NCBI GenBank assembly: GCA_951406725.2
Contig: OX597815.1
Location: 112,592,001-112,656,000, forward strand
DNA from: Octopus vulgaris
Lineage: Eukaryota
Reading direction: 5' to 3'
Length of the DNA stretch: 64,000 nt
Under the pieces are notes generated by a model. That model saw only the letters and a list, made by a program, of their open reading frames with translations. It was not told the DNA's origin and did not search any database. Positions 54,154 through 64,000 of the stretch are shown here, piece after piece (position 1 is the stretch's first letter; every line of letters begins with the position of its first letter). The position numbers and the translations under genes are program-made.

Positions 54154-54452
54154 ATGCCCACCCACTCGTGACCGAGGAGAACCTTTGCTGAACTTTAGGT
54201 ACTTTGTGCGCTCCAGGACTAATTTATATTTTGCATTTGCGGCTCCGTTGGTGGCTAATGAGCCCTGCTCTTGACAAGCATATACGAATCCAGACACTGC
54301 AAACCAAGCTTTCCCTATTCACTACGCTAGCAGTGCGCTTTCGAGCAGCACGCTTAAATTCTTCATGAAGAATACGTGTTCTTTCAAAGATGTTGACCCC
54401 CTCTTTAACCTACTTCATCAATCTGTGGCGATGACAACCATTGCTCTCCCAT
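54154..54452 (-). mobile_element. RTE LINE 3' end with (GAT)n tail
   Basis: WESNGCHR..FERTRILHEEFKRAARK..VCSVWIRICLSRAGLISHQRS (decayed terminal C2H2 finger). Confidence 0.75.
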
Positions 54453-54454
54453 TG

Positions 54455-54662
54455 CTCAACCGTTCTTGCTCCCTGAATGATAAACTATATTTCAGACTGC
54501 AGAGAGCAACTGATTCCTTCCGGGCCCTTGAGTTTCGTGTCTGGTCCCAGCATGGCATCACAAAGCAAACAAAAATTGATGTGTACCGTGCATGTGTATT
54601 GATATCGCTCCCTTACTCATGTGAGACCTAGACCCTTTACAAATGTCATGTAAAGCTCCTTT
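54455..54662 (+). mobile_element. RTE LINE ORF fragment (post-RT region)
   Basis: RLQRATDSFRALEFRVWSQHGITKQTKIDVYRACVLISLPYSCET*TLY. Confidence 0.85.
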
Positions 54663-55104
54663 AGAGAATCGTATTCTCTTCTGAGGAGGGAAAAATCCGT
54701 TGGATTAATCCTGAAATTCATTCAATATAGAGATGACGAATATCAAAAGAAAATTGTTAGCTTGCCTTCCTCGATTTCAGCACGACGTGTATTCACAGTG
54801 AATGTATATTGTAATGTGGTTATTGACGATTTAAAGTCTATTCTCAGTATAGTGGCATAGAAATCTTTTTCTTTTGCCCTTGTTTATAATTGTTTATAAT
54901 TTTCACCTTTAAAGGTATTTTAATATGCTGGCCACTTTTAATGGAGTCTTGTTTTGGAAAAAAAATTTATCCTATATTAGAAGTATATATATATATATAT
55001 CGGTACATCAGCATGGCCGCAGCTCTGAGCTGAAACTAGAGAAGAAAAAAAATGTTATGTATGTGTATGTATATATATGTATATAAATATATATATATAT
55101 AAGA

Positions 55105-55145
<41 letters not shown>

Positions 55146-55148
<3 letters not shown>

Positions 55149-55242
55149 TGGTTCTACATATGCTGTCAAGTCCTCATTAAAGGCCTGTGATATGCAGGAG
55201 TTCGACTGGGAGAGTAATGATTGTCATCGCCCACAATGGCTA
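55146..55242 (+). mobile_element. RTE LINE ORF fragment, further C-terminal
   Basis: AVKSSLKACDMQEFDWESNDCHRPQW. Confidence 0.7.
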
Positions 55243-55289
55243 TCTTTATATCTTTATATCAGTAGCTGGCATCCGTTTGCTGCATACAA

Positions 55290-56335
55290 GTTAAATCTTA
55301 CTGCCAACAATACATGGAATAACAATGATTTCTCACTACTGATATCGCTAATAACAGGCATATACCTTGATTTAGCTAAAGCAGTTGACAAACATGGAAA
55401 CATGAGTCATAGGCTGGGGGATCTTAATGTCACAAAAAATTCGGAGAATGGCTATAGGAATCGGTATAGGAAACGGTATAGGAATCAATTTGCTGCCGCA
55501 AAGTTACTTGTAATAAGTGATAAACTTCAGGGTACGGTTCCTAGGGCCATTATTATTAATCATCGCTCAATCAGTTATAATTTCTAAATATACTCGGCCA
55601 ACCTGACGAATTACCCGGATAAAACAAAAATATCGATCGCTATCTAAATTCCCGAAGATGGTGCCTTAATCTAAAACGGGTTAAACCTTATTTATCAATG
55701 GAAATATAAAACAATATGAAATTTATCACATCAAATTTTCAGGTAATGTATTAGTGGGAATACACACGAATAACAATATTTGACACCAGATAACACAATG
55801 ACATAGAGCGCTATTGGCATAAGGTACTTTCATCAGCCACGTCACGAGACTAACCTCTATATGCAGACACCTCTTAAGATAGATTCTTAAGAACATTCGT
55901 GAAAAGAGAATCGGTTATTATGCTGACACTATGAAAAACCTTAGTTATGATCAGATTAGATTACTCCTCAGAGCTTTGGTCTACAAACTCGTCCGGTTTT
56001 AGAGAAAAAGTTGAAGCGTTACAAAGAATGTACACTAGAAAAAATAAATTTGGTTACAAGCTTTCATTACTGAGAACGTCCGAAAGTTCTGCGTGTCTAC
56101 TCTTTTAAAAGCTGAGGAGATAGGTGTACTATTATATACGTATCAGAAATTCAGGAGGTGCATGTTCCAAATCGCGAGCAAAACCCCTCTATTGCACCAC
56201 TCTGATACTTAGAGGCATTCAGTTGTTCAACTGCCTACGTGCAGAAACCAGAAATATATAAGGAGCCTCTATTGAAACACTAAAAGAATATTGGATAAAA
56301 CCCTAACTATGACTCCGGATCACGAACCATTCAAG
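55290..56335 (+). mobile_element. Decayed CR1-group LINE
   Basis: IYLDLAKAVDK, LQGTV, colinear with the 39705 element through the 3' region. Confidence 0.65.
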
Positions 56336-56661
56336 GATGCACTCTGGAAAGATCAGCTGCGACAAACTCAATCATATACCAACTTTCAGGTAGAAAGCAA
56401 CAACAAAACTGAAAGAAAACATATTAAAGATGTGCTCCAGCATGGCTGTATTCCTACGACTGAAACCACTGAAAGAATAAAGGAATATGTATAAAACATA
56501 TGCGTGCATATACATCTATGAGTGTGTGTGTGTCTGTTGTATATTAGCATACATATATGTATGCGTGTGTATGTGTATTTGTACATATACAAATATATAT
56601 GATATATGTATATATATATATATGTATATGCATCTATGTATGTATGTATATAATCATTATA

Positions 56662-56918
56662 TTGGGTTGGTGCATAATTATTCCGGGTTTTTTCAACAAA
56701 TTTCATTCAACAAAAACTATAACAAAATGTAACAAAAACATATTTAAATGATTATTCCGGAGCATATTCACCATCTACTTCAATTACTGCTCCACATTTG
56801 CTTGGAAGACGGTGAGACCGTCATTTAAAGATGTTTTGATAAACGTTGTTATCGATTTTGTTGAATAAAATTTGTTGAAAACAAAATGAAAAACCGCAAT
56901 AAGTATGCACCAGCCCAA
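56662..56918 (-). mobile_element. Mariner deletion derivative (MITE)
   Basis: TIRs ttgggttggtgcataattatt / aataagtatgcaccagcccaa, TA left flank (TG right); retains transposase C-terminus HRLPSKCGAVIEVDGEYAPE* on the minus strand. Confidence 0.85.
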
Positions 56919-57128
56919 TGTTATTGGTAATTAAGGATATATTTTCATACCGTTTATTTCCGCTAGTATTCTTTTCTTGCATATTTATATATTTCTCCTG
57001 TGAAACATCCTCAAGTTAAGTAGTGTGTACAAGAGGTTTTCTCTAAAACTATAAATAACTGAATGCATAGATTGATGTAGATATTATATAAGTATAAACT
57101 ATGTAGGTCAATCTGCATGAGTGTGTGT

Positions 57129-57275
<147 letters not shown>

Positions 57276-58476
57276 ATGAGCTACAACGCTCAAACAAATA
57301 AATAAATGCATAGATAATGATAGTCAGGTAGATAGGAAACATAATAGGATGCACTGAATATTTATTGTATCTCTTAACATTACCGTTTCATTTACAACAT
57401 GGTCGATCGACAATATCGATTAAAAGTAAATATTTTTCTTCTCTCTTTTTCACAACATTATTCAATTTCTATATAGCTTAACGAGCATTAATAATACGTT
57501 ATATTAGTTGACTGATGCACTAATTTTTTTATTGTATTCGCCTTCATTCGTTTCGATTCTGGTTTTCTATATTCTAGTGACTTATAAATAAATGATGAAG
57601 AATTAACGAAAAATTCCGGAGCAATTATGAAAATTCAAGAGAATTTTGAGAAATCTTGACGATGCAGATATCAAGAATTATGCTAAAATTCTTAGGTTAT
57701 TTTTAAAAATTGTTATTTGAAAGTGACAACGGTTTTTGGAGGAAGAAACTGTATATCAGAGCCGAGATACACTATGTCGTATTTGGTTTCTCATTTGTTG
57801 TTAATAGCCTCTGGAAAATGTGAGTTTAAAATCTCCTATGACTGTTTCGGTCACTAATCGCTATCTGTACTTATTATTCAATACAGATTAATTAATATTT
57901 GATCTGTAATTAATAATTACAGATTTTTAACTTCGTAGATTAATAATCTGTAATCAACGAAATGTGTCGTAGAACCAACTCAACACTGCATCTCCGGACA
58001 TCGAGAATGACAAGCGAGTGTTTGTCAAGGGAAGAGCAAATATCAAAATGGGCTTCGTTCAAACATTACTCTTTCTGTTGCTTTACTCATTTTTTCGCTA
58101 GTGACATTTTTCGGTGACCAGCATCAGAATATACAGGCACATGGACAGGAGCGCGCGCGTCTTATGTATAGTACCCCAGCAAAGCGACTTAAATATGAAA
58201 AGATACATACGTACATACATAAATCTATACGTGCATGGTGTGCATATTTATATATATATATAAAAACATACATATCCATATATTCACACACGCACGCAAA
58301 GACGCGCAAACGAATACACGCACACATAAATACACACATGTGCACGGGCACACACACGCACGCACGTCTTTCTACTGCTTCTGTCAACCACATTCAGCTT
58401 AATGCGTATCAGCCCAACGAGATTATTCTGCGAGACACGTATCTATACGATCCAGAAACTACTGCACTGTTAGTCT

Positions 58477-59437
58477 AGGCGCATGGCTCAGTGGTTAGAG
58501 CGTCGGGCTCACAATCATCGGGTAGTGAGTTCGGTTCCCGGACCGGGCTGTTTGTCGTGCTCTTGAACAAGACACTTTATTTAACGCTGCTCGAGTTCAC
58601 TCAGCTGTAGTAATGAGTTGCGACGTCACTAGTACCAAGCTTTAACGGTCTTTCCTTGGTTAACATTGGTAGCGTGGAGAAGGGAAACCCAAACGCGAAA
58701 TTTCTTTTTCCCACGAGAGTTTCGGTCCCCAGTAATAAATGCATTTGCATACAGCCAATAAGAGCTCACATTGATCTTGTTGTACACAAGCAATTATGCA
58801 GAGGTAGCCATGCAGATAACGAAGGATCAGATCCGTTTAGCTCTCAGATTATTCCTAGACACAAAGCTCAACACAACACTTGTGAATGTGTTAAAAACAA
58901 CCTCTCTATTGGTAAAACATAATCTACCAAGTAAATCCGAAGAAGAACAGTGTTGTAAGTCGACCGATCGCCAAGTCATGCCTGATTTTAGAAGGAGATA
59001 AGTAATTAGATAGATTTGTATCTATACCTATAATCGTATTTTGTTAGGGCCTCATATCGTAAAGATGTGGATGGGAAAAGTGTGGGTAGAGGGTAATGTG
59101 CGAGCAACGTTCTCCCCTTACTCTTTTACAAAGTAAACCACAACACAAATAATTATGCAGTGGCAGCCATGGTTGAAACAAGAACATAAACAGCAAGCAC
59201 TATTAAAAGAGAAGAGAAGGATGGTCATTCTTTATCGAAGTGATCTTATCTTATCACATATTACTTGTTATGCGCTCATAAATTAGTTTGATAGTTGAGC
59301 TCTGATTGCCTGTATGCAAATGATTTATAACTGGGGTCCGGAACTCTTACGGGAAAACATTTCGCGGCCCGCACTTGTGCCTTGGAGGGGAACTTTCTAG
59401 GCGCAATCCCATGGTCATTCATAACTCAATGGGGTCT
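58477..59437 (+). mobile_element. SINE family C split into 58477-58686 and 59366-59437
   Basis: Both halves colinear with the 53585 copy. Confidence 0.85.
58694..59366. mobile_element. Unclassified non-autonomous element with ~75-bp TIRs
   Basis: cgcgaaat..ttccc..gagtttcggtccccagtaataaatgcatttgcatacagccaataagagctca (58694-58768) is the inverted match of 59296-59366. Confidence 0.85.
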
Positions 59438-61119
59438 TATATATAAACAAGACCTCACTAGAAACCTCACAATGGTTTGCATTGGAAATCACGGGTTTGC
59501 TGAACATAATAAACACACACCCGTTCCTGCACCAATTTATGATAAATAAAATAAGTCCCAATAATATCGTCTACTGATTGACACGAATACGACCTCCACT
59601 TAAATCAGTCATCGCTTTACATAGGATAAATCATAAAATATGGAATGGGTAATATTTAAGCATGTGAGTATTTGTTCTATTGCATATTGCCCGATAGTTC
59701 AACGCTCTAAGGTTTCATTTTGTCAAAAGTTCTTCCGATATGACTGCAAAAATATTCACATTTTGTTCATGGAAAAAAAACTTATAATCAAATGGTGGGA
59801 CATTAATGATATAAGCAATATTCTCTCACTCATAGAACCAAATCTAGAATCACGGACATGGTTCACTAGAGGTTTGTCACCTATGATACAGGTTTCAATA
59901 CACAACAATTAGAATATTGAAGTCCATGTAATCAACAAATCGAACTCCACCACCATAGAAAAATATGAAGTCATAATATGTCTACGGATAAGAAATCAAT
60001 CAGTATAGATATGCAGACGAGTGGTGCATGATATAACAATACGTTCTGGTTCACGGTTTTAACAATTTCATCACATTTAAGTAATTAATCATACTAACGG
60101 TATATATTCTTTCGTTTTATGATAGAATATGTTAACACAAGATCGATTTGCTTATCAGTGAGGATTCATACTGCAAATAAATACTGATATTTAATGCTAT
60201 GTGTCTGAAAAGTTTCAATTAATTATGGTCAGATTATGGCCAATATTTTAAAAGAACGTAATTGGCAGTCTCACCGGTACCAGCTTAGATTTCCCACAGA
60301 CGTAGTTTAATAAAATAAATATTTGGCTCTATCTCATGAAATACATGCACATGCACGCACGCACACACGCACACACACATGCACATACATATAAATGCAG
60401 ACACGAACTCACTAACATATATGCATGTACATATATATGGACACATGCTTATATCCACGTATATTACATACATACATACATTATAGTAACTATTTTAAAC
60501 TTGTGATATTAACACCTCTTAATATCTCGATCAAAGCACTTTCACTGTCTCCGGCTACTTGCTGTCATCAACCGCATAGATATAAATGCCACTGGATTTA
60601 CTTCAGGAAGTCTTCCGTATTCATCGAGTATATAACAAAAGAGAGAAAGAGAATATAAAATTCACGAGATACTTTATTGCTTACGACGATCGTTTTGACC
60701 TATCTTGCATCGGTCTGTCACAGATGAGATGCTGGACAATGGGTTGGGATGCTTCCTTTTATTCGCAGATGTGAAAGGTCATCTAACGAGACACATCTGC
60801 ACCGACGGATGCACCACAACCAGTTATCCAGGATTTAACTAGCAAGAGACCAATGTAAGCTGGGTCGAAACAGTCGTTCTGTTCAATACAATATCTCATG
60901 AATTTCATTTCCTCTTTCTCTCTTTTGTTATGTATGTATTATAAATATAAATATAAATTTATAACATGCTTACCATTGACCAGCAAACGAGTATGACTTG
61001 TAGCTCATTTCACACTTTCACTAATTTTTTTTACATGACAATATACTCGGAAACAAACATAATTACATATTTCATTTTCCCATGGGTAATTCAGTTGCAG
61101 AGGAAGACGATAGCACCAG

Positions 61120-61222
61120 CAACGGTCTGGGACATTTTCATCCGAATAGACCGCAACAACGTAAAAGGAGGTGTCTTGCTCAAGACCACAATGTACCAAC
61201 GCAGCCACGACGCGAACCCATG
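61120..61222 (-). mobile_element. Degenerate SINE head fragment
   Basis: gtgtcttgctcaagaccacaat..cgaaccc. Confidence 0.5.
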
Positions 61223-61279
61223 AATGTGTCATATGTTTATAACATACATACCCAAAATCTTAAACTTGATCAGTAAATT

Positions 61280-61364
61280 TTACTTGATATATATGTGTAT
61301 GTATGCTTGTGTGTATGCGTGCGTCTGTGTGTGTGTGTGTTTGTGTAAGTGTATAATGTGCGCG

Positions 61365-61402
<38 letters not shown>

Positions 61403-61542
61403 TACATATATGCATGTGTGTATGTGTGTATGTGTGCGTATTTACATATGTATGTATATATGTGTGTGCAGGTGTGCGTGTTGGATATATATATATAATT
61501 ATACACACACATATATATATATATATATATAATTTTATAAAA

Positions 61543-61585
<43 letters not shown>

Positions 61586-62579
61586 TAACGTATGTAGTTG
61601 CATAAGGCCTGCAATTTTCGGGGAAGGGGTAAGACATTTATATTAACCCCAGTGCTCTGAACTGGTGCCTATTTTATCGACACCGAGAGAATGAAAGGCA
61701 AAATCGACCTCGACTACAGTTGAACTCATATTAATTATACATATTAAAAGAATGTTAAAATAACATACACTACCATGCCGGAGACACTGCCTTTATGTGT
61801 ATGCGCTTTCCGTGTAGGTGTACTGTATCATGTTTCATCGCTTCACATATACGATATGAATTTCTTTACTATTTCTCGTTCTCCGCACACAAAACATTTT
61901 GCATGAATACGTTTTACATTTTATGATATTTATAGAATAGATATGTTGCTGCGATATACACACACAAACACACACACACCTGCACGCACACACGCATACA
62001 CACGCACACACACACACACAAAACAACACAGTTAAGTATGAATCGAGATGTGTGCGCGAGAGAGATATGTTTGTGAGAGAGAGATGTGTGAGAGAGAGAG
62101 ATAAGTGTGTGTGAGAGAGAGAGATAAGTGTGTGTGAGAGAAAAAGAGAGCGCGTGCGCGTGTGCATGCGCGTGCTAGCGTGTGTCTGCATGTGTGTGTG
62201 TGTGTGAGTTAGCGAGGGAGATTCTATTGTTATTTCCTTTAGGTGGTGTTATGTTATCATCCAAGATTCTGGACTCAAGAGGTCTGCAATCTTTCATCGA
62301 AATTGTTTATTCAAGCAGATCTAGCATGCCCTTTGTGCCAGGAACTACTTGGAAAGTTCGCTGACTTTCGCTGTGTTCAAATTTCTCACTACAAGCGTAA
62401 CAGCATGTAGTGAAAGCAACTATAAGATTAAATCCTTATATATTGAGTAATACACAAGACTCTGGAAGTTCGTATTGGGAACTGGTATCCCGAGAGAATG
62501 ATTTGCAACATTTCACGCACCAGCACATTCCATACACGTACGCACTTTTCCCACACACACCTATATATATATATGTGTA

Positions 62580-62639
<60 letters not shown>

Positions 62640-62730
62640 CATACACACATACACACACACACACAAATACACACACAAAGATATATATATATATATATAT
62701 ATATATACATGAATGTATGTATGTATGTAC
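61280..62730. repeat. Dinucleotide microsatellite clusters (61280-61585, 61955-62205, 62560-62730)
   Basis: Seen directly. Confidence 0.93.
61595..61730 (-). mobile_element. SINE family A 3' half
   Basis: ttttatcgacaccgagagaatgaaaggcaaaatcgacctc. Confidence 0.8.
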
Positions 62731-64000
62731 GTCATTATTCAGTTTTATTTCAAGAATTCTTGCCAATAGAGAAAGGGCTGATTTCTAACCTAGAACAACG
62801 GGTTATTTTTGTATGTATATAGTATATGTGCAGATTTGTATGTTTTACTTTATGTATATCTTCTCATGCATAACTTGCATATCTAGATATGCCCATATAT
62901 ACTTAAAATATACGTATGTATGTTTGTATATATGCATGTATGCATGTATGTATATATGCAGTACGTATGTATTTTCCATACGCTGAATTTCGAAGAGTGA
63001 AGCGAGGAATTGACAAATTGGTGAATTAATTTTATTTGGTGAAAATCTTCGAAAATGTATAGCATATTTCCGTTTTCCTAGTTTCCATGTTCAGATCCCA
63101 ACCAGTATGATTATTATACCATATTTGCAGTATCCTTCATATTTTTCTTCCTTGTGCCTCAATAATAAATTAACTTTCGATAGAAAAGTTGTCATTCGAC
63201 AAAATTTACTTAGTTATGCATTTATTTAATACAAAACTGCCTGAGTATGTGTGGGTGAATGTGTGAGAAAGACGCCAAAAAAATTAAGAACCGAAATATT
63301 CTGTAAAATTTATCCTATACCCCACCACCATCTTGTATCTATCGCTAAATTACCTTCAATAATATCATACATGTCACTAAATAAGTGAGTGGTATAGTTG
63401 GTAATACTTAATTATAGAAAAATGTTTCGTATCTAGCAGCTCTATGATCATATTTTAGCAATGTCAGCTGTGAATTTTGGAACAACGTTCTATGTAAATA
63501 AAATAAACAATCTCTGCTGAGTTCAACTTATTCAAATATCTGTCTTCCTTGACTTACATATTTGTTTAATATATTTGTATTTACGAAATACAAAATTATT
63601 TCCATCGCGGCGTTTGCATTATTTGGAGCTTCAAGAAAATATCTTGCACTTTCTCAAAATTTCTAGTTTTGTTTTACTTACATTTTTCTCATATTTTGTT
63701 TCTTTTTATTAGCATTTCATATTAATCTGCCCCAGGTTATTAGGAACATTGACAATTTGACAGCTGCTAAATCATAAACAAATTCGCACAGCCCCCATCG
63801 ATTTTTAATTAAAAATGAACACATGACATTAATAGACGTTAAATAGTTTGGCATTTTATATTTCTTAGAACAGCTACAAAACCTACGATAATACTGGAAA
63901 ATTTGATAATAGAGACTAACATACCCGCGGTCGTACAAAGAAATTTCATATGATTTTTTAATATTTTGGACGTATTATATTGTGCAATTGTTTTTCCTCG

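Overview
AT-rich, microsatellite-dense animal DNA. The SINE families and repeat landscape look like a coleoid cephalopod (Octopus-like); this is my inference. I found no intact host protein-coding gene, rRNA, true tRNA or CRISPR array. Almost every ORF in the supplied track is a microsatellite translation or a decayed transposon fragment. The window is a transposon graveyard containing: four tRNA-headed SINE families; about nine R4/Dong-type LINE fragments, mostly next to (TAA)n/(TCA)n arrays and densest at 41.6-46.3 kb; CR1, RTE and L1/Tx1-like remnants; a Penelope-like GIY-YIG fragment; a Chapaev3-like DNA transposon; pogo and mariner remnants; a Helitron with a nested hAT MITE; and an unclassified TIR element. 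The most notable signal is a set of minimal type-I hammerhead ribozymes from at least three families. Two have intact folds with a U3-A8 core swap, and two sit in short inserts flanked by target-site-like duplications. A tandem pair of ~550-bp non-coding elements also shares the Dong (TAA)n niche. Coordinates were read by eye and decayed element ends are approximate.
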